NCBI GenBank assembly: GCA_965649765.1
Contig: OZ287757.1
Coordinates: forward strand, 3,038,001 to 3,102,000
From: Bispira polyomma
Lineage: Eukaryota
Direction: 5' to 3'
DNA length: 64,000 nucleotides
Part shown: positions 11,770 through 34,700 of the stretch, piece after piece
How positions within the stretch are numbered: position 1 is the first letter of the stretch
Layout of the letters: the number at the start of each line of letters is the position of its first letter
Made by a program: the position numbers and the translations under genes
Notes under the pieces: model-generated
Told to the model about the DNA's origin: nothing
What the model saw: only the letters and a program-made list of their open reading frames with translations
The model's database searches: none

Positions 11770-13917
11770 ACTTAAAACTCTGTATAAATCGAGCACACAC
11801 TGTCACCACAGAATGTGTATCATTGCATTTGCATTGCCATCAAATGGATTTTCAGAATTCCCTTTTAACATTTCACAATACACTTCTTGTGAGATATTAT
11901 CCTCTACAACAACAGTGTATTGAGCTAAACATCTTTTTTTACCTTCTTTCCAAAAAAAGGACAATAGAATGTGCACAGGGAGAACAATACTGTTCGCAAG
12001 AATATATTTCATTCAAGAGACATTTCTTTGTGTGTTGTTTAGGTTTGAAACAGTTGTTGACATTTCCTATGAATGCACTGCAATTTGTTCTACTCAAGTG
12101 CCTGCTAAGTTTTTATGATAAAGTTTAACCGCGTCATTGCAACAAATGGTGGGGCTTTTCTATGTACACTTGTCTCCATCAAAACAATATTGTAGGAAAA
12201 GTTGATTTGTGCAAGAAGACATTAAAGAAGAAAACATAGACAGAGTAGATTGTTTGATGAAAGGAAAAAAAAAATCTTTATTTTAAACTTCAAAATATGT
12301 GTAGCATTGGACAGAAACCGACAAAAATGTTAAACAAATGCTGTGTATAATTTACCAATTAAATAAAAATATTTGCAAACACATCTCTTAAGACCCATGG
12401 TGAATATTTTACCTATAAATCATATTTAATCATTCAGTATAATATTGTAAAATGCAATACCATTTGAAAATCCCTATACCGTTAAACAAACTTACAATGT
12501 GCCATTCCCTTATATTTTTGTAATCCTAATAACTTAAAAACAACCTTAATGTTAAATGTTAATATTAATGTTTTTACTTCTATAGCACCACAATCGATGA
12601 CCAGGCATCCTCTGTTGCGCATAACACATTGTCTAAATAACCTTAGACAATAACACAGCATATTAGTCACCCATTTATCTGCAACCTTATGCAACTATAA
12701 GGCAAACATCAAATTGTATTAATAAAAGCCCCCTGAGGCATATTATTCATGCAACTACAAGGCAAACGTCAATTTCCCATACTGATAACCCTTTGGATCA
12801 CATTCTCCATTCACTATATACTTTAAGTATATGGCCCACAAACTGTCTAGTAAACTCTTCATCTAACTATCTATCTATTGTAAACTTTATCATCATACTT
12901 ATCATTACCAGATCAAATGTTTCTATACGAATACTGCTTTACTGTTATGTGAAGTTATGGAACTTGAAACTTATGAGGTCCTCACTCACTCTCCGGTAGC
13001 CCACACCAAGAGTGAAGGTTATGAATAAGGATCTGTCTCCACACAGTTCTGAGCTCGATCTTGTCACAATCCAACAGAATACAAAAGCTGTCCTCTTAGA
13101 CGCTGCAAACTAGATTTGATTCAGCCCGTAAACTTGACATATCTCTTATAACCGTGATGTATATATTTGACATAAATTAAGCGTAAATGGTAACAATTTG
13201 AAGCCAGTTTTTAAATGCTGCGGAAAAAGGGTGGATGAGGGCAAAATGTATACGTTTTCTTGTTGGTCCCCTTTTCAAAATGATAGAGCATGTCCTATCA
13301 CAAGGTTAAGCTTTTGGGTGGAATGCCTGTGATTGGCTGTGGTAATCCAGATATTAGTAAGGCCCCCGTTCGCTAGGGGTTAAGGTAGAATATAAAATAT
13401 ACTGGGTGTTAAAAAGAACTAGCAGACCCCTATTGGGTCGTGCTATGCATAACCTTAACGTTAGGTTAGGGCTACTAAATTTTTGATTAAAATTTTGAGT
13501 GTTGCACTGCAACTTAATGCTCAGGTCCTAATGCGATAATGTAGTGCTCAGGTCGTATTGGGATACCTGGGTACATTATGCAAAAGAGTTCATTACTGAA
13601 AACAACTTTTTTAGTTATTGCAGACATGCAATTTATTGAGTTAAGCCCGCCATCAAAAGTTACAAACTTAAATCATTAAAACAATTATTACCAAAATGGC
13701 GGCTAAGTCAGTGGTTTGCATACCTAATAAAAACACAGTATCATAAAAACATTTATTTTGCTATAGATTTCCCTGATTTTATACAAAATCAGCAGACCAG
13801 CCACATTCTAGCTAAATAAGAATAAAATCCTTAAACGGATGTGCAATTCATTCCTTAGCAGAAGTATGACGCTTGTCCATGAGTTTGTATTGCTGTAATG
13901 CATATTTGTACCCACCA

Positions 13918-14566
13918 GAAAGACAAAGCACCCTAGGTAGGAAGCACCTAAGCTATGGCTACCCTCGTCTGACCTTATAGGAGGGGCCCCAAGGTCAAAT
14001 CTGACCACATCAGATGATTTTCAGCCCATGATTACCTATAAGTTGGTTTCACATTGGAATTCTGTAGGACTAATAATAAGCGAATTATAAGCACTTTTAA
14101 ATTTGGCTATTGTCATTTGACATTAAAGGAGGGGCCCAAGGTCAAAAAACCCCTAGGACCAATAATAAGCAAGTTATAAGCATTTTTAAGTTTGGATACC
14201 TTATTTGACCTTAAATGAGGGGTCCGATGTCAAACCTGACCACATGAGAAGATTCTCAGCCCATGATTTCCTATAGGTAGGCTTCACATGCCAAACCTCT
14301 AGGTCAAATAATAAGCGAGTTATAAGCACTTTTAAGTTTCGATACCTTATTTGACCTTGAATGAGGGGCCCAAGGTCAAACCTGACCACATCAGAACATT
14401 CCAAGCCCATGATTTCCCATAAGTAGGCTTCACATGCCAAACCTCTAGGACCAATAATTACGGAGATATAGGCACTTTTGAAGTTCGTTATGTGGGGTAG
14501 TTTGGTACTTCATGGATGACCTTGAATGAAGAGCTTCAACGTCAAATGTCTGCATGCTTGTGGAGG

Positions 14567-14597
<31 letters not shown>

Positions 14598-14872
14598 TAT
14601 GTTATACATATCACCTATGAAGAGATTTCACCTAGTTACAAGAACCAGTCAGTAAAAAAATGGTGGATAATTTTAAAAGAAATGCCGATGGCGGCCATCT
14701 TGTTTTTCAGAATGAGGCTAATTTTAGTTGAAGAGTAGCTTACCTCCCAATGAATGGTAAAGCTAGCTGGTCTAGTTTTCTGATGAGAGTGTTAACGTTG
14801 AAAATCTCTCTGCAGCGGTGGCGGTGTAGCAAACGATAAAACAAAGTATCCACCGGATCGGTGGATACAATT
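13918..14872 (+). mobile_element. Non-autonomous Helentron/HINE-like element with internal ~147-bp tandem repeats
   Basis: Units starting GAGGGG at 13981, 14129 (internally deleted), 14217 and 14363; (TA)n at ~14567-14600; terminal palindrome GTATCCACCG-GAT-CGGTGGATAC near 14846-14868. Confidence 0.55.
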
Positions 14873-16756
14873 ACTAAAACATATATATGTTACAGTAAAT
14901 GACTTTTGAAACAGATTTGCCAATATCAACTTATATTTCCCTGATAATAAATAATATTTTATAATTACATTGTTACAGAAAATATGTACAAGTATAAATG
15001 GTTGTTAAGTTCACTTTTTAATTTTTACAGGATAAACTAAAATTGCACCTGCTGTCGCATTTATTCTTAGATTTATAACATTTAAACCTATTGTTTTTGC
15101 ACTGACTTTCACCCCTTCTTCAAATTTTTAACCGTTATACTGGTTCAAGTTACTACATTTGTCATCATCATCTTAATCATCAGGATTTTTTAAATAAGTT
15201 ATCATTAATTTTACCTAACAGATGGATATAGTATAATAGATATCTAGTGATAACCATTTGAATTTAAAATCACATTGATAATTAAAGTCATTTAAAGTTT
15301 ACCTCTAATTGTTTCTTTTACTTCTACAAGCTCCAGTTGTAATAAAAAGTTCAGGAGCCATAAGTAACACATATATGGATGACCAGCGTTCAATTGTGAG
15401 TCTCCGATGGGATTTACTTCAACAAAAGCCACATTTCACAGTTTTAGGTACATCAAAGCAGGGTTAATAAAGGTAGTTTTAATCCAGGTAGTGTGGCCTT
15501 TTTAAACATGTACTTCAGTCTTTTGATGCTGTACAAGGCACAGTTTACTGTGTATTCCAATAATAAAGGATTTTGTTATAAAAAGAGTACCTTACTACTA
15601 GACTTTATTTAATTAATTTTCACAATTTTTAAAATATTTTTTTTTTAAATTAAAAGCAAATAAGGGTGTTTAATTTATATACTACTGTATAATAGATATA
15701 CCAATATTTTGACTACACTTGTGGTATGATAGACAAAAATTTACATGCAATATGCATGTGATGTAGTGTGCTTTAGAGTGACCTAAATGAAGACAGACTC
15801 ATTGTAGAACACAAATCACCAAATAATACTACATGTACATCATATACATGAGAAACACTGAATCACCAAACATTGATCTTTCGAATCTAATTGAAACACT
15901 TAAATACAATTTTAACATTGCACAAGTTTATTGAAATGATCACCAGCAATCTTGTGAAATAATGGAGAGCAAATTTCAGTAAATACGCATATTTAGTGAT
16001 TACGTATATTTACTGTTGCATAGATATTACTACAATACATGGGTATGTTGTGACTTGAAAGCGTAAAGCTTAATTTGCACTCATGTATTGTGGTGTCTGT
16101 ACCTTCCTCAGTATGGAGGTCATAATGTAACATTGTATTTCCAATCACACCCTTCGACCATTGTGGATTCATTTGGCAATATTATGTGAATATAATCACA
16201 GTTTATCAAATATTGTCCTTAGGCCTCTGCTTAGTGAAGTTGTGTGACCACCATAAATATATGTATGAAGGTAAATGTTTTTTAATAAACCATTGACCTA
16301 TTCAAAAAAATACAAATTTCACGCCATCAACATTCTCAAGCAAAACAAATTCAGGTCGGAACACAGGCAAAGTAGTTCTAATTTTTTATTATTTTTTTGA
16401 ATACAGTCTGTTACCTAATAATGTAATGTTAATGTTTTTACTTCTATAGCGCCCTAATCCATCACCAATCATCCCCTGTGGCGCACATCTCAGTCAGAAA
16501 CCAAAAATAGCAAAATAATAGTCCGATCGGAGACAATGTTTGTGCTCATAGTTCAATCAAAACCAGCAGAGAATGTTAAGGGGGCAAAGTGAGTTGATAC
16601 AGATATCTTAAGTAGGCTCGCATGTCGGATCTTAAAAAATGACTGTTTTTCGAAACAATAGACTTCTGCAGCAATGTTTTGAAATATTAGAACTTTAATA
16701 AAATACAAACATAAATCCACAAACATATATTTCATTCATCAGTAGAGTCATTTCTT

Positions 16757-25652
<8,896 letters not shown>

Positions 25653-27039
25653 TTTATGTTCAAATTTCTTTATGCTACAACAAAACTGTATCTGATGTAC
25701 TGTGTTTAATTGTTTCATCACAGTTGTTTGTAAATATGTTCTGTATTCCTGGCCTTGCCCAATGCTCTGGTTCACATAGTAATCATATTTGAATTTAAAC
25801 TTAGTTTGGGTTTACATCACTTTCACCACAACTAAGAAAATGATAAGAATGCCAGTCTAAAAATGTGCGTGAATACGGCCTCAGGAAAAAAATTCTATCC
25901 ATCTATCTTATTTGTACAAACTGTTTGCACAAATTTGAAATCTATTGTTCAATAAATGGATCTCACTTGAGCCTTACACAAGGTTATGAATGAGCCTGAG
26001 TGTCTAACCACTTCTGTCAATGATAAGTGGTCTTATCAGTAGCCTATTTTAATAAACAAAAAAGCCTTCCTGTAAATCATTGTGCATGTAAATTTATTGA
26101 TTAGATGCAAATTACATCAGGAAGGTTCTTAATTTACATATGCTGACATGTAATTAACATAATATCTTGGTTTTATGCATCTTGTGTATACTTTGAACGT
26201 GTATTAACAACAAATGGTGTATTCAGAATAAAATATAACGCCCAAATGAGTTACTTCTTATGGTGACCATACTGCACAATTTTCGATAGAACCACAAATG
26301 TCCCTTCTGTCTCAACTACGGTTGTGTCTTTAAGTATTGAAGTAAGTCAGTATTATGAAATACTTTTCACAGTGTGTAATAAACAATAAACTAAAGATAA
26401 AATATATTTCATTTGTCCTTGTGAATTTTATTAAACTGAGTGAAAATATAGAAACAGCCTAGAAAAGCCTTTAAACCTAATTAATTTAGGTGGTAAAGAG
26501 AAGTTTATCTATGTTAAATATATTATGTCAAAGCAGGCAACATTCTATGTTGAATATATTTGGAATGAAATAAAATACAAAATGGAGGAATCATTTTTTA
26601 CTGACATATATATTCATTCTAGCTTCTTTGTATGTTTTTAATATTGAAAGAGACACATCAGCCCATTAAGGGGGGCTGGGCATTCTTGGTTGTAATTGTT
26701 GAAAGATTAATATTGTAATGATCAAATTCCCCTGCAGTTGATATAAGTACTAGCAACAGTTTGAGTAATGGGTGTTGTAGAGGTAACACACTTACATGCC
26801 AAATGTTAACTCAGTATTTAACCCAGTTAGCTTTTAAATATATAATAATTGCTGTTATTTTTATAAAACAAACACTACCTTGAGCATGATTATAGTTAAT
26901 TCAAGCATATTTTAACTTTGGATCACAACCTACAAGTTAAGATTAGATGGAATATTTAAGACTCATCAACTTTTAAATGTGCAATTGAAACATTTGTTTT
27001 GTTCAATGAAGGGGTATTGTAAGATCTTATTTAATTGTA

Positions 27040-27510
27040 ATTATGCTTTTATAGTGCCTAATCTCCCCTTTACGAAGGGCACTCAAAGACCCAACAGCAC
27101 CAAGACAGTGAATTAATTTCAATATCAAATATGCTTAACACTAAGGTGGGTATGTTTTGGTGTACAGGTGGGTTTTAAGCTTTTTTGTAAACAAGGTCAG
27201 AGAGGGGGACGCACAAATCACATCAGGAAGAGCATTCCAAACAATGGGAGCATCAAAAGTACAGCTATAACCAAACTGTTTAACTGACTTTTAAGTAAAC
27301 GGCAAAACCTTGGAACAGCACGGAAATTACCACAACTCTAAGTGAGCCTGGTATTATAAGAACTACTGTAGGAAGAAAGATATGGGGCAAAATAATTGGG
27401 AAAACCAGTGTGAAGAAACATATAAACAAGATGTTTAACAGGAAGCCAACGCAATTTAATAATTTAATGGTGTTTGACACAATTCTAGCTGCACTCTTTT
27501 GAATACATTG
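27040..27510 (-). mobile_element. L2/CR1-group LINE 3' fragment
   Basis: FDAPIVWNALPDVICASPSLTLFTKKLKTHLY on the minus strand. Confidence 0.65.
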
Positions 27511-28440
27511 TAATTTGTGTGGCTTGAAATTTGTAACAACTATACTTTGACCTTTGATTGAGATATTTCATCCTCTAATGGTGTGGTCACACCTTCAAGT
27601 GTCATCGTCCTGAAACGTAGCTGCTGAAAAAATGTAGTAGTTCTTGAGGTTGTAATGTTTCGATATATAACTGCTACTGATGTTTGTGACGTTGTCACTT
27701 TATCATTGCATAATACTAGGAACAGCTACTTACTGATACGTTGTGCTACTTACTACGACATTCTCAAGAACTTGGGGAAACAGAGAGCTATGCCAAGATT
27801 GTTTCAATCAGTTTTAAACAATCACAGCGGCAGACCAATCGGAGAAGGGATCCCCACTTTCTACTTTGTTTCAAAATGTTTCAAAACATAGCCTTAGAAT
27901 GGAACAGTGTGACCAGGACATAAGAGTACTTTTGGGATTGTACCAGTTCGAACAGGGGTATATAAGCTGGTATGCGCAGTAGTACATTGCCTTTATGTGA
28001 TCTATGTAGCCTAGTGATTTGAGTGTTTGACTTCATATAAGATTCACCAAACTCAATCCTTGCTGATGGTCTATAAATGGGTAACTGACTTCTATAATGT
28101 GTGCTCTGTTTGTGGCAGCCTACTCCCGTAGGGAGTTGTGAAATGAAAAATTGACAAGTAGAATAAACCTGGCTCGGGATGTAAACTATGAAGGCAGAGG
28201 AGGTCTTATCATGGATGATACCAGACTATAATATCCTACATTTACATTCATAAATATTTAACTTCAAGCATTGCATTAGGAAGTCCAACCACGCTTATTC
28301 ATTTTCTGATGTTTTTTGCAATTGTCTATATATTACTTGGGATATGCATGTTTTGTGAAAATAACAACAAAATTATAACATAAAATATCATAAAAGAGGT
28401 GCGTCAATTTATTGAATTCACTAAACTTATATTTATAGCA

Positions 28441-28702
28441 TTAGCCATGCTGATGGATGGATGTACATATAAAAGTGTTAAGATTATGTTTTTTTTTCAG
28501 TGGACAGACACAGTGTGATGGCACATTTTCAGTGCGGAACCATATGGGCAGCCACCAGTAGAAACAATGCCCAAAAAATCCGCCTGGGGGCTCATTGGTC
28601 ACAACGTAGGTCCTTTCTGTGAATACTGTCTCGCAATCTTTTGCACATTTCTGCCTACTGACATGTTTCACACCCAATTGTTTCCGGTCCTTCCTTTTTA
28701 CA
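28441..28702 (-). CDS. Gene B last coding exon (cystine-knot C-terminus)
   Basis: gctttcag acceptor; ...KCAKDCETVFTERTYVV...FRTENVPSHCVCPL...; stop at 28441. Confidence 0.8.
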
Positions 28703-31700
28703 CTGAAAGCAAAAGCACAGAGAGAAAAATAGAACCACTTAGAGAGATTGATTTTTTCTTATTATTAAATTGCTCATTTGGTAAATCTGTGTATCATAGA
28801 GTTATTATGAAAATATATAATCGAATCGAATCTAATAAAACTTTTATAGCGCTTTATTCTTCATAAAAGTAGATTCTCAGAAGAAATTATTATTGTTATA
28901 TTGAAACCTTGTAATGTCCTTTACTGGAAGGCAGTTGTATCCAAGGAGACACTAGAATGAACATGTAACTAGGGAGGACAAATATGGGCAAACAAGTATG
29001 TCTTTAATTTGCTTCTAAAGGATCACGAGGTAGGAGCAACACAAATTAGCTGTGGCAGACTGTGCCATAGCTTTCCATCATTGCATAAGAAACTGTGATC
29101 AAAATTACTTTCAATGTGTGACTTAAAGGTGAGTGGATTGAAAGCTAAAGGACATCTTGTAGGGGTTAGTGTATCTCGTTCAGGCTTAACATGAAGGATA
29201 TTGTTTTGGGCAGTAGGTCACAAGTAGCTTTAAGTCAATAAAACACACACTTCAGACTAGTTCAATAAGCAGTATTCAATAACCGACTCACAGAAAATTT
29301 AAAAAAACGGGGAATTTTTGGGGTGTTGACAGCTCGCTAATAGACAAGGTTGTGGGAATTCTTTTCAATGCTATCGGCTGCTGGTCGACAACTTAGGGGT
29401 CAAAAATATGAAAATGGCTCTTCCACTGTCATTGGTTTCTATCCCAGTGGCAGGCTAAAGAACTTTTATGAATGTGATGTCATCCTTAAACATATGGCTT
29501 CAGTTGTCGGAAAGCCAGTTACTAGTGCTGATTGACTCTACTTGAGCAGTCAATAATAAATAAATTAGCACTTTGATAATGCCAGATAAAGGTACATAAT
29601 TGACCGGAGGATCGATTTTAATATGAACATAAATCTGACATTTTTTTTTGAATATATTGTACACTGATAATAGAAACTTTTAATATTACATTTCTGATAT
29701 TATCAAGATGGATCAAAAGTAATATACAAGCCTGATCAATCTGTAAAAAGTAAATATGCTGGTGGTATTATTATGCAGGTATAAACAAAGCATGCCTACT
29801 ACTAATCTTTGTTAGTAATAGTTGTGTTTGCTCATACAGTTGAGTAGGCCTTGTTACTATTGGTTTTATTATTGTCCTTGTCATTGAATGTCACTATTCA
29901 GTGTCTCTGGATATATTGTATTGTATTCTTCTAAATGGCTCTTCTGTATTGTTAGCATGAGATTTACTAAAAAGTATTCAGAAAAAAAAACATCAATCTG
30001 ATTAAAGAGCTAGTCCACGAGCTGATGCAATTATTAGTCCTACTGATAGTCATCACACTTACTTGCAGTTTACTTCATCAATCCACTGGTAACCACCACC
30101 CAGAGGGCAAAATACTACAAAGCAACTTGGTCCACAAGATCGTCTAAACGGTACAGTTCTTTTGGTCCTGAAGAGAGAATTACCAATAAAAGTATGAGCA
30201 AGGTACCACAAGATCTGCAAAACTAATTTACATGCAAATGTTCTGGAATCATTTGGGCTATGGGCCAAAAAAGATTCTAGACTGAATCTTGTAAAATGGA
30301 TGGAATCAAGAATCATTTTTCTGCAGGTTTTGGAACTGCAGTGTTTCGTGGAGGTATGGCTGTCTACTAAGTGCACTTCTGGTTATATATGACACACACA
30401 ATAATTGGTTTCAGTCTTATAAAAACTGAATACATAAATGCACGACCAAATATAGACCAATAAAAGACAAAGGATCACCAGGGGGGCGTATTCACAAAGG
30501 TTTTAAGTGTAATTATTAATTAGTCTTAAAATTAAGAAGAATCTTTGTGATTGGCAAAATTCTGAGGAAAATACAGAAAATTCTTTATTTTAAAACTATA
30601 AATTACACTTACAATATTTGCTGAATGAGGCCCCTGGGCACATATTCTCCTACTAGACTTAGGCCGTTATACCCACGAGAAAAGTATCATTAGGAACTGA
30701 AAACCAAAATTGTTGGGGGGGGGGGGGGGGGGGGTTACAAGTAAGGTCACTTTAGCTAGAAACAAAAAAGGCTTGATCCTGAGTTACCTTGAACTTGCAG
30801 TAAAATGTTTTTTGTTTTTTTTGCTATCAACCAAATGAATTTCATTCTTTTTTCCAGTTTAACAAGCTACAGTGATGTTATCTTCTTGTGTTACACATTT
30901 AACAAAAATAAAACAACCTTAATATTCTGTAAAAGAAAAACCTTTGGTCATTCAAAGTGTCAGTTCATATTATACTTTGAAAATCGTCAATAAGGAGACA
31001 ATAGTGTACAGCTGTTGGACATATGAACAATGGGCATGCCCTTTGTAGCAGTTGAGCTACTCACTTACAATTTACTGGCAGAACAGTAGTCCGATATACT
31101 GGAAAAAATTCTGCAGTAACAGGTTGCAAATAGCCGTCGTCAATAAAAGACAATGTCTCAATGAGTTTACACGAAACAAAGAATTCTACACTATTAACAT
31201 GTTGTAAATACATGGGATTGAAGAAAAGTAAAAACATTTATTCTAGGTGCTTGCCGACATATTTCCTATGAGTAACCCGAACTTTTGAACTGGGAAATCC
31301 CTCATTGTGACTGATATTGCAGCAAAAATTGAAATCATGAAAAAGGTGTTTAAATAAATATATAAAAGTGCTTAAACTAAAAGTTTTAATTACTTTGCAA
31401 TGACACCACCCTGCCTCCCTCAGCCAAATTCGAATTATAACATCTCATCGGACCAGGGTGGTTATCTTGAACAAGTGAATTTGACAAAGTTTTACTCAGA
31501 TTTTGTATTCCCCAAAAATTCACTCAATGTGTTACTTAGAATGCCAGAATGTGAATACATCATGTATGTATGGGAACCAGTATAATTTTAAGTATGTAAA
31601 TGGGTATTATCGAAACTTCACTTATTCAAGTTTCTTTCGGAATTAACGTTGTAGTTACATGTTTATGGCAAATGCATTTCTAGATATGATTTTAACTTTT

Positions 31701-34700
31701 CTCCAGTTCGGGCTCTTTTTTGCTAAAATAAACATTTTAAACAGATTAAAAAGTAAGTCAGTGTTTTTTCACTTAGTGAAAATCAAGAAAATACTTGAAA
31801 TTTGAGTAATTAATTTTAATTTGTTCGACAACACCTCCCCAGATAAACTATTAAAGTTTCATATACAATACACGAATCAAGGGCTGATTATTTTGGATTT
31901 CGTCGAGTTTACGCCGCTTTCAACAGCTCAAGTCTGATCATGACAGGCAGATTTAAATGTGGAGGAAACCAGTGCTGCAGCTATGTCAACCACGGGCCTA
32001 CAGAAATACCTGATAAACTTTCCCACATGAAAGGGGATTCAAACACACGTCTGTGAGTGGCCTCTGAGTGTAAGCCAACATTTGATTGACCACTGGGTGC
32101 CCGAGGCCACAGACTTATTATATAAAGACATTAAACTTTGAGTAGAGGACTCGGAGTTATTCTTTTTGTTCCCCGTTTGAGAATAGTTATATCCTACAGA
32201 CATGTGTGTTGGAAATACGAAAAGAAAAAAAAAGATGAACATTTTTATACTTTAGGTGAAGTTCAAAGCGTGATACTTCCATAGTAGTGTGAGTTAAAAC
32301 AAAACCGTGTAGAACAAATTTGCACAGAGGGGCTATTTTCAATCAAGTAACAAAATAAAAAAAAATTATATCTTTGTCCAAGAGACAAAAAAAAAAACAC
32401 CCTGTATATTAATGCAATCTATGGTACACACCAACAAAAGAGTGATGGATTGAGTTTAAATGTCCGGGAAGGGGTGTATCAGAATGTCCAGGAAGGGGTG
32501 TATCAGAAATAACAAAATGATGGCCTACGTGACACAATGGGAGCCTCTTATTTTATCCTGATGCCAGAAGAAGATGGACTGTTCAACAGCTGTCTCTCCT
32601 TTGCTTCTGATGTTCTTTAGCAGTGCTCCACCTCTCCTTTTGGTAGGTACCTTGTCACAGTCCTTCGGGATTCTCTGATCATCTAGTTCTATGTCTCATT
32701 AACGGTGCCATGATAAAAAGATTAAGTTGTTCCAACAAGTTGGAGAACTCGTACAAATGGCTTAACCTTCTTTTTTGTATAAAGATCATAGTTTTCTAAT
32801 GAGATAATGAAATCATTATAACAAGGTAATTAGGTCTCTGAAATAAGATAACTATACTGGTTATAATCAGATGCACTTTGTTATAATGACATGATTAAGC
32901 TGTGAACACATGATAAAAACTCACGATAAGGAGATCTAAAGGGTGTAAACAAATATCAGTATCTACGGAAAGGTGCTCTATATGATTAAATGGGAAGTGA
33001 AGCAAACACTATACTATACCTACATTGATATTTTGATCATCACCTCTTAACATATAGTTGAACAGCTCATTAAATAGAATATTAGGATCGCTTTGAACAA
33101 ATTACACTGGTGGGTGTTTATAAATTAATGTACTACAAAATAGTGAACAACAAAATTGCGCTAAATGCAATGATGTAACCGTACATTAGCCATACCCCTC
33201 CCATGGTGATGTGCACACTGGAGATAATACCTTGAATGACAATGAGGAACTTGAATAAACTTAGCTTTGGTGTGATAATAGCTCGACTGACAAAAAAAAA
33301 ATTAAATAAAGTTTAGCTTTGGACAACTACAGTCTAACCAATGGGTCATTGCAAAACCTATTCAGTATCCAACTGCCAATTGTGATTTAACACAATCATT
33401 TTCTCAAACGAGATTTCTCTCTAAAAATACGTAAATCATTTTTGGACAATGGTCTCATTCAAATGTAATCCCCTGCACGTCAGCTGAATTAACTATGTAC
33501 AGGTAAAGAATTCCAAAACAATAAATTATTTCAAGATAGGTTTTACGTGACTTTCAATAGGTTTATGTTATACTATGAATGTCAAAACCAATGGTGGAAG
33601 TGCTGGAGCGCTGAAAATCACCAACCTATTGAAAGTGTCTGACAAACTTTTCTACATTAAGAAACAAACATGATTCAATCCCACATTAGTGAGAGGCCAT
33701 TGATTGTGAAGCAGGTGATTCTAGGTACTAGACTATTATGCCCCCCCCCCCCCTTTATTGCCACCAACAATTGAGTAACTCATGGCACATAGTAGCTAAG
33801 ACTTGGTAAACACTTAAAAGTCTTGAGTGAACCCTTGTATGAAATAACATTATTATATAAAATTATGTTGTTATGTTAGCGCCCAAAAAATACAAATCAT
33901 AGAATTGTTTGTTATGAGAAGTTATATTAGCAACACAACATTTATCGATTTCTCATTCTTGTAAGTTTAGATTTTGCTTCATGATTGACAATTAATGATA
34001 TTAAAGAGGTTACTAGTTCGAATGTATAATCGGCTATCTTACCATATTCGTGCCTGGTGACAAATCTACCTAGAAATCGTTTAAGCAGCTGATCTGGTGA
34101 ATTCCTGCAAATATCCACAAAGGTGATTTGGCACTGCTTCTATATTGTAAATAGAAATAAAAAAAAAAAAAATACTATACACAAGTGGAAATGTATAAAA
34201 ATGTATAAAAGCTCATTTATATTGTTAACTTACAGTGACTTCGATTAGGATTTCTTGTTATTTATTCACAAAATGAGGAATTTATCTCCATAATAAATGA
34301 GGACAATTTCCATTTTTAGAATTCATTGAATGCATTGTTAAATCATGTGACCATTCATCTGAAAGTACTTTGAATTCTTACTTGTAATACTTACACTAAT
34401 AAATTTTTTCATTTTATTTCTTTATTAATGTACTCGTAGTACAAATGTATATTGCGAACATTGGAAATACAAATATGATTCAGAAAGAAATTGTATTACA
34501 AATTTAGTTTAGAGATTTAGTTTACCATAAAAGACAAATGGAGTATATAAAGTATTATAAGGTACACACAAATTCCAACATATTCTGTATTTCATCACAT
34601 GCACATTCTTGGGTACCATAACTCTGATATGTATTAAATTGAGTATACTGATTTTCGTCTGATGTGTCCTTGAAGCACAAAATTGTTGTGGATCTCTTAG

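Noticed and set aside
11803-12012. Conserved upstream ORF before gene A
   Set aside because: The frame is not preserved in the paralogous region 61800-62030.
13981-14480. CRISPR-like array
   Set aside because: Eukaryotic context with long contiguous tandem units, no unique spacers and no cas genes.
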